From an uncultured Planctomycetales bacterium (GTDB taxonomy: Bacteria > Omnitrophota > Gorgyraeia > Aquiviventales > Aquiviventaceae): DNA of 60,770 nt. Of this stretch, positions 1 to 8,177 are shown in pieces. The notes beneath the pieces were generated by a model, which was not told the origin of the DNA, ran no database searches, and saw only the letters and a list, made by a program, of their open reading frames with translations. The stretch's first letter is position 1, and each line of letters begins with the position of its first letter. The translations under genes were made by a program, and so were the position numbers. The DNA lies in the NCBI GenBank assembly GCA_964373175.1, contig CAYJTP010000003.1:12177-72946 (forward strand). The letters are read 5' to 3'.

Positions 1-29
1 TCTGATGTCTGTCCTCTGTCCTCTGACTT

Positions 30-63
30 CCCCGGCCCGCCTTTTGCCAAAGCCGGGGCGGGC
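30..63. repeat. CCCGCC-TTTTG GC-palindrome family member
   Basis: CCCCGGCCCGCCTTTTGCCAAAGCCGGGGCGGGC. Near-identical to 3302-3338. Confidence 0.75.
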
Positions 64-76
64 TGTCATCTGAACG

Positions 77-1372
77 ATGCAAGCGTTACGACAGACTGAT
101 CCAGAAATTTACGAAGCCCTCCAGCGCGAGCTCCAGCGTCAGCACGAGCACCTCGAGCTGATCGCGTCGGAGAACTTTACGAGTCTTTCGGTCTTGGAAG
201 CCCAAGGCTCTGTCCTGACCAACAAGTACGCGGAAGGCTATCCCCACGCGCGCTGGTATGGCGGGTGCGAGTTCGTCGACGTCGCCGAGCAGCTGGCGAT
301 CGACCGCGTCAAGGCGCTCTTCGGCGCTGAACACGCCAATGTCCAGCCCCATTCCGGCACGCAGGCCAACATCGCGGTCTTCTATGCGAGCCTGCAACCG
401 GGTGACAAGATCCTCGCCATGAGTCTGGCCCATGGGGGACACTTGTCGCATGGCCATCCAAAGAATTATTCTGGCAAGTACTTCACGATCGTCCCGTACG
501 GCGTGAACAAGACCACCGAGCAAATCGACTATGACGAGCTTGAAGCCCTAGCCAACGAACATCACCCGAAGATGGTGCTCGCGGGGTATTCCGCGTATCC
601 GCGCGTGTTGGATTTCAAGCGGTTTCGCGAGATCTGCGATCGCGTGGGGGCGATCCTCCTCGTCGACATGGCCCACTTTGCCGGGCTGGTGGCCGCCGGC
701 GTGTATCCCAACCCGACGCCGTATGCGGAGTTTGTCACCTCAACGACCCACAAGACCCTCCGCGGCCCTCGTGGAGGATTTATTTTGTGCAAGCAGCCTT
801 ACGCCAAGGCGATCGATTCGGCCGTCTTTCCCGGCACGCAAGGCGGACCGTTGATGCACGTCATCGCCGCGAAGGCCGTGTGTTTCTTGGAGGCCCAGAC
901 TCCGGCATTCAAAGCGAATCAACGGCAGGTCGTTGCCAACGCGAAAGCGCTGGCGAAGACCTTAGCGGATCGAGGCTATCGCATCGTCTCTGGCGGAACG
1001 GACAACCACTTACTGCTCGTGGACCTGACCCCCAAAGGCCTCACCGGCAAGGAAGCCCAAGAAACCCTCGATCAGGCCAAGATCACCGTCAACAAGAACG
1101 CGATCCCCTTCGATCCGCTTCCGCCCGCCAAGGCCAGCGGGGTCAGGTTGGGGACGCCGGCGGTAACCACGCGCGGGATGAAGGAACGTGAGATGGAGCA
1201 AATTGCCCAGCTCATTGACGAGGCGCTGGCGAACCGGACGGATGCGGGAAGACTTCAAGCCGTTCGCCGCGGAGTGGAGGAGCTCGTCGAGCGGTTTCCA
1301 CTGTACCCTGAGCTGCGGTCAACCGGACGATCAGAAGACAGAAGTCAGAAGACAGACATCAGATCGTCATGA
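77..1372 (+). CDS. glyA: serine hydroxymethyltransferase
   Basis: 431-aa ORF, SHMT-like over its full length, including the PLP-Lys region [15 protein letters not shown]. The last ~20 codons are encoded by a word-repeat hairpin arm. Confidence 0.95.
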   Translation: MQALRQTDPEIYEALQRELQRQHEHLELIASENFTSLSVLEAQGSVLTNKYAEGYPHARWYGGCEFVDVAEQLAIDRVKALFGAEHANVQPHSGTQANIAVFYASLQPGDKILAMSLAHGGHLSHGHPKNYSGKYFTIVPYGVNKTTEQIDYDELEALANEHHPKMVLAGYSAYPRVLDFKRFREICDRVGAILLVDMAHFAGLVAAGVYPNPTPYAEFVTSTTHKTLRGPRGGFILCKQPYAKAIDSAVFPGTQGGPLMHVIAAKAVCFLEAQTPAFKANQRQVVANAKALAKTLADRGYRIVSGGTDNHLLLVDLTPKGLTGKEAQETLDQAKITVNKNAIPFDPLPPAKASGVRLGTPAVTTRGMKEREMEQIAQLIDEALANRTDAGRLQAVRRGVEELVERFPLYPELRSTGRSEDRSQKTDIRSS

Positions 1373-1439
1373 GCGACTGGGCGTGGGTTATGTGGACTAC
1401 ACCGTCTTCTGTCTTCTGTCCTCTGTCTTCTGTCCTCTG
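1331..1439. repeat. word-repeat hairpin (CAGAAGAC/GTCTTCTG family)
   Basis: Left arm 1331-1364 and right arm 1404-1439, built from 7-9 nt units. The glyA stop lies in the loop. Related copies at 1-29, 22456-22612 and 55579-55654. Confidence 0.8.
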
Positions 1440-1447
1440 GACGATGA

Positions 1448-1557
1448 TCCCACCACCTGTTTGTGGTCTGCCTTTGGCAGACCAGACAATCCTCTTGAGG
1501 CGGTCTGAGGTGGTGGGGTTGTTCGCCGGTCTTCGACCGGCCAAACAGGTGGTGGGA
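1448..1557 (+). repeat. IR-bracketed start-codon cassette, copy 1 (before nrdR)
   Basis: Arms TCCCACCACCTG 1448-1459 and CAGGTGGTGGGA 1546-1557. Pairing extends inward (TTTG/CAAA). ATG at 1557. Confidence 0.85.
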
Positions 1558-2018
1558 TGAAGTGCCCCTTCTGCGGTCATCAGGAAGATAAAGTCGTCGA
1601 CTCGCGCGCCAGCGCCGAGGGGCTGGCCATCCGCCGGCGACGCGAGTGCCTGTCCTGTCGCAAGCGGTTCACGACCTATGAGCATGTCGAAGAGCAGCGA
1701 CTCATGGTCATCAAGAAGGACGGCCGTCGCGAGCCGTTTGACCGCAAGAAGCTGCTGAATGGTCTTGTGAAAGCGTGCGAGAAACGTCCGATCAGTATGG
1801 ACCGGCTTGAGCAAGTCGTGGAGGAGATTGAGCAAGATCTCTCCAGGAACTTTGAGCGGGAGGTTCCCTCACAAGAGATCGGGGAGCGCGTCATGAAGCG
1901 GCTCCACGCCCTGGATCCGGTGGCCTACGTCCGGTTTGCCTCGGTCTATCGCGAGTTCAAGGACGCTGAGCAGTTCATGCGCGAGCTCAAAGACCTCATC
2001 AGCCAGAAAGCGAGGTAA
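1557..2018 (+). CDS. nrdR: transcriptional repressor NrdR
   Basis: 153 aa. N-terminal zinc ribbon (CPFCG...CLSCRKRF) followed by an ATP-cone. The ATG lies in the right arm of IR cassette 1. Confidence 0.95.
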   Translation: MKCPFCGHQEDKVVDSRASAEGLAIRRRRECLSCRKRFTTYEHVEEQRLMVIKKDGRREPFDRKKLLNGLVKACEKRPISMDRLEQVVEEIEQDLSRNFEREVPSQEIGERVMKRLHALDPVAYVRFASVYREFKDAEQFMRELKDLISQKAR

Positions 2019-2025
2019 CAGCCTG

Positions 2026-2376
2026 ATGCCCCGCATGCTGGTGGTGGATGACGAGACGAAGATCTGCGACATTCTCAAAGCCCATTTCAGCGCCAAAGGC
2101 TTTACCGTGACCTGCGCCTACACCGGCGAGGAGGCGCTGGAATCGTTGATGGATGCGCCGGTGGATGTGGTGCTCTTGGACATCCGACTGCCGGACATGT
2201 CCGGGATCGATGTCCTCAAACGCGCCAAAGAGCTGTGCCCCGACGCCAAAATCATCATGGTGACGGCCGTGGATCAAGAGGAACCCCAGACGGATGCCAA
2301 GATTTATGGGGCCTGCGGTTATGTGACCAAGCCCTTTGATTTCTCCGACGCAACCTGGGCCCAGCTCCTTGGCTAG
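2026..2376 (+). CDS. stand-alone response-regulator receiver domain protein
   Basis: Internal ATG at 2026, 7 nt after the nrdR stop. Receiver motifs VVDDE, LLDIRLPDMSG and VTKPFD. No output domain. Confidence 0.85.
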   Translation: MPRMLVVDDETKICDILKAHFSAKGFTVTCAYTGEEALESLMDAPVDVVLLDIRLPDMSGIDVLKRAKELCPDAKIIMVTAVDQEEPQTDAKIYGACGYVTKPFDFSDATWAQLLG

Positions 2377-2623
2377 ACTGTTCTCGTCAGCTTCCTTTCC
2401 CGACCTGGCACCTTTCGCCTGTTGACACCGCGCCCTCCCCTCAGGCATAGTTGAGGTAGGGCATTGTAGCGACGTGGAGGGTTTCGAAAAATCCGCCAGA
2501 GTATGGGCGGATCCGCCAAGGACGTTGGCGGAGGCAAACCTCAGCCACAAGACAAGGCTGACACGCCACGTAGTGTGGCGTGCACCGCAAGGTGGGGACG
2601 CAAAGCCGCTGGCCCTCCAGGGC

Positions 2624-2673
2624 GGTTTACGGTGAACGGTGTACGGTTAACAGTAAACCGTAAACGGTACACC
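2624..2673. repeat. word-repeat hairpin (GTTTACGG/ACCGTACAC family)
   Basis: GGTTTACGGTGAACGGTGTACGGTTAACAGTAAACCGTAAACGGTACACC. Same word family as 45332-45380. Confidence 0.7.
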
Positions 2674-2691
2674 CCGCCCGAAGGGCGGCAG

Positions 2692-2730
2692 GGCTGCCGA
2701 ACTCCAAAACACGGCAGCCGTTTTAATTTA
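2692..2730 (+). terminator. rho-independent-terminator-like hairpin
   Basis: GGCTGCCG-N12-CGGCAGCC followed by GTTTTAATTTA, in the spacer between the two receiver genes. Confidence 0.4.
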
Positions 2731-2931
2731 TGGGGCCCGTCGAGGCATTCGTTCGGTGGAACGCTTGGTGGCCCCACCGTGGCCACCTGCGCTTGGCAGA
2801 TTTTCTCGCTCGTCCCGCCTTGTGGCGGGACACCGTGGCCGCTCGAAAATCTGAACGTCCACCTCACGAATGCCTCTCCACCCACTGGGGTGGGGAAAGA
2901 GAAAGGCGTTGTTGTTGAGGTGGTGGCTGCG

Positions 2932-3285
2932 ATGCCCAGGATGCTGATCGTCGACGACGAACCGGATATCTGCGACTGCCTGTCGGCCTTCTTCAGCGCC
3001 AGGGGCTTTACGGTGCGCTGCGCCTCCACGGGGCGGGAAGCCATTGGCCAGCTGGTCCTGGAGCCTGCCGACGTGATCCTCTTGGATATCCGCTTGCCGG
3101 ATATGTGGGGCATCGAGGTCCTCAAACGCACCAAGGCGCTCTGTCCTGATACCCGGGTCATCATGGTGACCGCCGTCGATCAACCCATGACTCGGTTTGA
3201 AGCCGAAATGCACGGCGCCTTGGCTTACGTCACCAAGCCGTTTGATTTCTCTGAATCGACCTGGGCCCCTGTGTTGTCCTCGTGA
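2932..3285 (+). CDS. stand-alone response-regulator receiver domain protein (paralog of 2026-2376)
   Basis: 117 aa from ATG 2932. Shares long identical runs with the upstream receiver (MPRML, LLDIRLPDM, IMVTAVDQ, YVTKPFDFS). The rest of ORF 2503-3285 is repeat-derived. Confidence 0.85.
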   Translation: MPRMLIVDDEPDICDCLSAFFSARGFTVRCASTGREAIGQLVLEPADVILLDIRLPDMWGIEVLKRTKALCPDTRVIMVTAVDQPMTRFEAEMHGALAYVTKPFDFSESTWAPVLSS

Positions 3286-3301
3286 ATCCCATCCTTGGAC
3301 T

Positions 3302-3338
3302 CCCCGGCCCGCCTTTTGAATCTCAAGCCGGGGCGGGC
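3302..3338. repeat. CCCGCC-TTTTG GC-palindrome family member
   Basis: CCCCGGCCCGCCTTTTGAATCTCAAGCCGGGGCGGGC. Confidence 0.75.
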
Positions 3339-3390
3339 AAGACTCACGACTCAAGTGTTGTGTCTTGGGTCTCGGGTCTTGAGTCCCTCT

Positions 3391-4986
3391 TCATTGAGGT
3401 TGGTCCAGGAAGCTCTTCAGGCGGGCTTGTTGGCGCAGAGACGCGAGCCACTCTGACAGGCGTTCGTTCTGTTTGGTGGTCAGCAGGGTCTGACGGAAGG
3501 CGGCGCGTTCCTTGGCAAACTGCGCAGGATCAGCGGGGAATTGTTCTTCCACCACGGCGATCACAAATCCCTTCGGCGTCTCGAGGACGCTAGACCACTC
3601 ACCGACTTTCAGCGCAAACAACGCCTCGGTGACATTCGGAACCTCGCCCAGCGATTCGATTGGGCCACCGCGGGTAAACGGCGCGGGTCGGAGAGGATGC
3701 AACCCAAGGCTCCCCCAGGCGTTTTCCACACTGAGCCCTTCCTGTTGCTTAGCCACCAGATCATCGTGGAGCTTGGTCGCCTTCGCCTTCGCGGCCTCGC
3801 GGGCCTGCTCAGCCGCGAGTTGCTGCTCAACCGCTGATCGCACCTCTTCGAAGGGGGGGAGGCGTGAGGGAAACTCCTCGACGGCCATCAGCAAGAAGAC
3901 CCCCTCGGGCGTGTGAAACACCTGCGTCATCTGGCCGAGCGATTCCTCAAACGCCGCCTGGAGCATCTCGCGGCTTGGTCCGTTCGGGATCGTTGCGGCT
4001 GATGGATCGAGCGGTCCCACTCGATGGGTCATCAGGTGTCTGGCGAGCGCGATCTCGACAAACCGAAGCCCCGCGTCCCGATCATCCTCGAGGTCCAAGG
4101 CGAGATTCGTGAGCCGTTGTTGCGCGCGGTATTCGAGGTATCGCTGGTGAGCCGTCTCACGCACGTCTGAGAGGGGCGGCACCGAGCCATCGCTTTGCTG
4201 GAATGCCTCCTGGTGGGCTGTATAGAAGGCTTGGAGCGCCTCATCGGTTGGGGCGTGTTCCTGGGTGAGGGCCTCGGCTGCCGAGAGACCAAGGTACTCG
4301 ATCGTTCGCTTCGCCGGGTGTTGGAACGCGGCTTGATGTGTGGAGTAATACTCGCGTAGGCGTTCGGGGATCAGCGTCCGCGTGACCTCTTGTGCAAATG
4401 CCGCGGGTTCGATCAAGATCAAGGAAACCTGCAGCCGCTCATGCGCCTTCGCGTAGGCCGCCTCAAGCTCCTCGTCGGTGACCTGGACTTGCGCCTTCAC
4501 GGCGTCGAGGAGTTTCTGGATCCGCAGCTCGTCGCGGAGGAACTCCTCGAACAGCTGCGGGTTCATGCCCAGGGCCTGCACGAGCTGGTAGTAGAGCGTG
4601 GCATCGAAGCGACCATTTCGCTGGAACATCGGCTGACGTTGGATGTACCAAGCCACCTCCTCGTCCGTGACTTTCGTGCGTCGACGGGCCTCTTCCCGGA
4701 GGATCAGACGGTCCCAGGTCTGTTGGCGAAGCCAGGGCTCAAATGACTCCGGCACCTGACCCCACCTCGCCTTGAGCGTTCCGCGGATGAGTTGGGACTG
4801 TGCTTGGAAGACATCCCACGGGATGCGCCGGCCGAAGATGACCCCCGCGCTCCCTCCTGGTCCTTGGCTCGATCGACCCCCCACACCCATATGGAAGAAC
4901 AGGATGAACGGCAGGACAAAGATAATGATCAACGTCCACAGGACAATGGTCTGGCGCCGCTTCAGGCGGAGCACGCGTTTGAACAT
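3391..4986 (-). CDS. PpiD/SurA-like periplasmic chaperone (peptidyl-prolyl isomerase family)
   Basis: N-terminal membrane anchor (TIVLWTLIIIFVLPFILFF), a long helical SurA_N-like region and a degenerate parvulin-like C-terminus. Start taken at MFKRVLRLKRR. Confidence 0.65.
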   Translation of the reverse strand: MFKRVLRLKRRQTIVLWTLIIIFVLPFILFFHMGVGGRSSQGPGGSAGVIFGRRIPWDVFQAQSQLIRGTLKARWGQVPESFEPWLRQQTWDRLILREEARRRTKVTDEEVAWYIQRQPMFQRNGRFDATLYYQLVQALGMNPQLFEEFLRDELRIQKLLDAVKAQVQVTDEELEAAYAKAHERLQVSLILIEPAAFAQEVTRTLIPERLREYYSTHQAAFQHPAKRTIEYLGLSAAEALTQEHAPTDEALQAFYTAHQEAFQQSDGSVPPLSDVRETAHQRYLEYRAQQRLTNLALDLEDDRDAGLRFVEIALARHLMTHRVGPLDPSAATIPNGPSREMLQAAFEESLGQMTQVFHTPEGVFLLMAVEEFPSRLPPFEEVRSAVEQQLAAEQAREAAKAKATKLHDDLVAKQQEGLSVENAWGSLGLHPLRPAPFTRGGPIESLGEVPNVTEALFALKVGEWSSVLETPKGFVIAVVEEQFPADPAQFAKERAAFRQTLLTTKQNERLSEWLASLRQQARLKSFLDQPQ

Positions 4987-5110
4987 CGTGGGGGTATCGT
5001 AGCGTATTCCCGGCATTCCCTCAACTGTCGTCCTTCGACTATCGCTCAGGACTCACCCTGAGCGAGGCCAACGGCCGAGTCGAACGGTACTGTCTCAATT
5101 TGACGTTGAC

Positions 5111-5199
5111 ACCGCAAAATCGCAAAATCCGCAAAGACGCAAAGTCTCTCGGAGACTTCCCGTTGCGCTTTTGCGGTGCTTTTGCGGGCTCTGCGGTGT
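5111..5199. repeat. word-repeat hairpin (CGCAAAAT/TTTTGCGG family)
   Basis: ACCGCAAAATCGCAAAATCCGCAAAGACGCAAAG ... CGCTTTTGCGGTGCTTTTGCGGGCTCTGCGGTG. Confidence 0.75.
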
Positions 5200-5234
5200 G
5201 GTCAAAGTAAGACACCACCAGTCGAACGGGTTCG

Positions 5235-5264
5235 TTGACACTACGTGCATCCGTACGGTACAAT
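5235..5264 (+). promoter_or_regulatory. sigma70-like promoter upstream of hisG
   Basis: TTGACA-N18-TACAAT. Confidence 0.5.
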
Positions 5265-5273
5265 CGAACGCCT

Positions 5274-5335
5274 GTCCCGCCCTTTTGAGGACGGAGGTCC
5301 CAAGAGGGCGGGTGTCTTGACCAAAAGGGCGGGAC
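5274..5335. repeat. CCCGCCC-TTTTG palindromic element
   Basis: Perfect 14-bp arms GTCCCGCCCTTTTG / CAAAAGGGCGGGAC. Confidence 0.8.
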
Positions 5336-5398
5336 AAGTGGGAACCCCGGTTCGTCGACCGCGCAAGCGGTGGCTCATCAATCCAAGGACCAGAATCC

Positions 5399-6385
5399 AT
5401 GAAGGCCAAAAACGCTACTCGCGCAAGCGCGAGCACACCAAGCTCCGTCGGGAGCTCCGGTCGCTTGAGCCGTAAGCCCGAGCGCCCGCGAACCGCCTCA
5501 GGGTGCCTCAAGATCGGCCTGCCCAAGGGCAGTTTGCAGGAGGCGACCCTCCGGCTCTTGGAGCGGGCGGGCTTCAAGGTGCTCATCAGTGAGCGTTCCT
5601 ATGCCCCGTCCATCGATGACCCTGAACTGGAGCCGATGCTGATCCGGGCGCAGGAGATGTCTCGGTACGTCGAGCAGGGAACGCTGGATTGCGGGATCAC
5701 GGGCAACGACTGGATCTTGGAGAATGGGTCGACCGTCGAGCGGGTCGCGGAGCTCGTCTATGCGAAACGCACCAGTCATCCGGTCCGATGGGTGTTGGCC
5801 GTTCCGCTCAATTCACCGATCACAACGCTCACCGACCTCAATGGCAAGCGCATCGCGACGGAACTGGTCAACGTGACGAAGGCCTATCTGGCGAAGCATC
5901 GCGTGGCAGCGGAGGTTGAGTTTTCCTGGGGAGCGACCGAGGGCAAGGTGCGGGCGGGGTTGGTGGATGCGATCGTCGAGCTGACCGAGACCGGACAAAC
6001 GCTCATCGCCAATGGGCTGCGGATCGTCGAGACGATCTGCGAATCCACGACGCAGCTCATCGCGAATCGCCAGGCCCTCGCCGATCCCTGGAAGCGGCGA
6101 AAGATGGAAAGCCTGAAGACCTTACTGGCGGGGGCGGTTGAGGCCGAAGGCAAGGTGGGGCTCAAGCTCAACGTGCCGGAGCGGCAGCTGAAGCGGGTGA
6201 TGGACGTCCTGCCGGCGATGAAACGTCCCACCGTGTCCCAATTGTGGTCCAAAGATGGCACGGATCCGTGGTGGGCGGTGGAGGTCGTCATCGAGGAACA
6301 TCAGGTGAAGGTGCTCGTCCCGAAATTGAAAGACGCCGGGGCCCAAGACATCATCGAGTATCCCCTGAATAAAGTGATTCACTAG
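5399..6385 (+). CDS. hisG: ATP phosphoribosyltransferase, long form
   Basis: [23 protein letters not shown], followed by a catalytic core and a C-terminal regulatory domain. The Ser/Arg-rich first ~35 aa make the exact start uncertain. Confidence 0.9.
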   Translation: MKAKNATRASASTPSSVGSSGRLSRKPERPRTASGCLKIGLPKGSLQEATLRLLERAGFKVLISERSYAPSIDDPELEPMLIRAQEMSRYVEQGTLDCGITGNDWILENGSTVERVAELVYAKRTSHPVRWVLAVPLNSPITTLTDLNGKRIATELVNVTKAYLAKHRVAAEVEFSWGATEGKVRAGLVDAIVELTETGQTLIANGLRIVETICESTTQLIANRQALADPWKRRKMESLKTLLAGAVEAEGKVGLKLNVPERQLKRVMDVLPAMKRPTVSQLWSKDGTDPWWAVEVVIEEHQVKVLVPKLKDAGAQDIIEYPLNKVIH

Positions 6386-6392
6386 CACGGAT

Positions 6393-6445
6393 GAAACCAG
6401 AAACCAGTAACCAGATGTTTTCTCTGGTTTCTGGTTACTGGTTAC
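6393..6445. repeat. word-repeat hairpin (AACCAG/CTGGTT family)
   Basis: GAAACCAGAAACCAGTAACCAGA-TGTTTTC-TCTGGTTTCTGGTTACTGGTTAC, just after the hisG stop. Related words at 48844-48872 and 51517-51566. Confidence 0.8.
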
Positions 6446-6472
6446 GTGGTTCGCATTGAGAGGAGGCGCAAC

Positions 6473-6562
6473 GTGCCAAGCGGCAGAAAGCGCAAGCTGC
6501 GGAAAATCCGCACGCACAAGCGCAAGAAATTGCGCAGGCGGATGCGGCATAAGAAGCACTAA
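6473..6562 (+). CDS. 29-aa highly basic peptide, bS22 (AURKAIP1/COX24-like) small ribosomal protein candidate
   Basis: GTG start 6 nt after GAGAGGAGG. Peptide VPSGRKRKLRKIRTHKRKKLRRRMRHKKH. Below the ORF-track length cutoff. Resembles the K/R-rich bS22 pattern (..KKRRKRM.KKKHRKLLRRTR..) from memory. Confidence 0.5.
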   Translation: MPSGRKRKLRKIRTHKRKKLRRRMRHKKH

Positions 6563-6683
6563 TCGCCGTGTCTGAGACGGCGAGTCGATCAGGGGAGTGG
6601 CCCGTCCCGGTCCTTCCAGGGGCGGGAGCGGTTGCACAGCGAGCCCTGAACCCAACAGGGGGAAGGGCGGCCCATGGCGATGG

Positions 6684-8177
6684 ATGGTGACCTCGACGAG
6701 ACTCATCTGGCTGCTGCTTTGCACACTCGGGGTGGGGGGATGCGCCCACGTGCCGTTGCAGAGCAGCCAAGAAGCCAAACGGAATGTGTACGCCTTGTAC
6801 ATGCGCGGGTTGATGCTCGAACGCTCGGCCCATCTGTCCGATGCGCTCGAGACGTATCAGCAGGCCCTGGAGCATGATTATGAGTCACCCTCCCTGTACG
6901 TGCGGATTGGCGCGACCTACGTCAAACTCGGGGAGATTCACCAAGCCCTCAAGTCGTTTCAGCGGGCGCTGACCCTCGATCCCTCTCACCGCGATGCCTT
7001 GCGGTGGGTGGCGATGCTCCACACCTCGCAGGGCGAGCTCGATGAGGCGATCCGCGCGTATGAACGCCTGATCGAGCAAGAGCCCACGGATCGCTTTGTG
7101 CTCAGCACCCTCGCCGATCTCTATGTGCTTCAAGGGCAACTCGAGCAGGCGGCCCACCTCTACGAGCGGCTCATCAAGGAATATGGCTCCTCGTCCCAGT
7201 TGCGCTTCAACCTGGGGGTGCTCTACGGGCGGCTCGGCCAGTACTCCTCAGCCATCCAGGAACTGTCCCGTGCGATGGAGCTGGCGCCCGACTCCATTGA
7301 GATTCGGGTCGTCTTGGGCCTGACCTACGAACTGAACAACCAACTGGACAAGGCCGCCGCGCATTTCGAAGACGCCATCCGCTTGGATCCCTTGAACCCA
7401 CGGCTCTACCTGCATGCTGCCCGGGTCTACGCGAGCCAGCAGCGAACCAAGGAAGCCATCGACGAATACGAGACGGCCTTGGACTTAGCCCCGAATGATC
7501 TCGAGGCACTGTTCGGGCTGGTGCGGTTATGGCTCGTGGACAAACAGTATGCCAAAGCTCAACACGTGATTGGCGAAAAACTTCCGAACGCCGCCCAACC
7601 GGCAGACCTCTATCTGATGCTCGGGGTGGTGTATCGCGAGGCCGACGCCCCGGCGGAAGCGCTGCGGGCGTTTGAACGAGCCGTGGCCCTCAACGGGACG
7701 TCCGCCCAAGCGCACTTCTACCTTGGGGCCCAGCTCGACCGCCTCCAGCGCAAACAGGAAGCCCGGCAGGAACTACGGCGTACGATTGAGCTCGATCCGA
7801 ACCACGCGGATGCGCTCAACTATTTAGGGTACCTCGATGCGGAGGCAGGCGTGAATCTCAAAGAAGCCAAGGCCTTGATCGAACGGGCCGTGGCGCTGGA
7901 TCCTGACAACGGGGCCTATCTCGATAGTCTGGGATGGGTCTCCTACCAACTGGGTGAGCTAGACGAGGCGATCCGCCAGCTTGAGCGCGCCGCCACACTC
8001 TTGGACACGGATCCGACGGTCTTCGATCATCTCGGGGATGCGTATCGGCGGCAAGGCAACCTCAAGAAGGCCCAAGCCGCCTGGGAGAACGCGCTGCGCC
8101 TCGATGCGAGCCTTGAGGTCGTGAAACACAAGCTGGAATCCCTCTTGCATCGGGACGTGATGGCGATTGCCCCATGA
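6684..8177 (+). CDS. TPR-repeat lipoprotein
   Basis: ATG 6684 gives a signal peptide with lipobox-like LGVGGC. More than 10 TPR-like repeats follow. The stop TGA sits in the left flank of IR cassette 2. Confidence 0.8.
   Translation: MVTSTRLIWLLLCTLGVGGCAHVPLQSSQEAKRNVYALYMRGLMLERSAHLSDALETYQQALEHDYESPSLYVRIGATYVKLGEIHQALKSFQRALTLDPSHRDALRWVAMLHTSQGELDEAIRAYERLIEQEPTDRFVLSTLADLYVLQGQLEQAAHLYERLIKEYGSSSQLRFNLGVLYGRLGQYSSAIQELSRAMELAPDSIEIRVVLGLTYELNNQLDKAAAHFEDAIRLDPLNPRLYLHAARVYASQQRTKEAIDEYETALDLAPNDLEALFGLVRLWLVDKQYAKAQHVIGEKLPNAAQPADLYLMLGVVYREADAPAEALRAFERAVALNGTSAQAHFYLGAQLDRLQRKQEARQELRRTIELDPNHADALNYLGYLDAEAGVNLKEAKALIERAVALDPDNGAYLDSLGWVSYQLGELDEAIRQLERAATLLDTDPTVFDHLGDAYRRQGNLKKAQAAWENALRLDASLEVVKHKLESLLHRDVMAIAP

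Noticed and set aside
2503-2931. N-terminal 143 codons of track ORF 2503-3285
   Set aside because: This part is translated from hairpin and palindrome repeats. The receiver domain begins at MPRMLIVDD (2932) and aligns end to end with the paralog at 2026.
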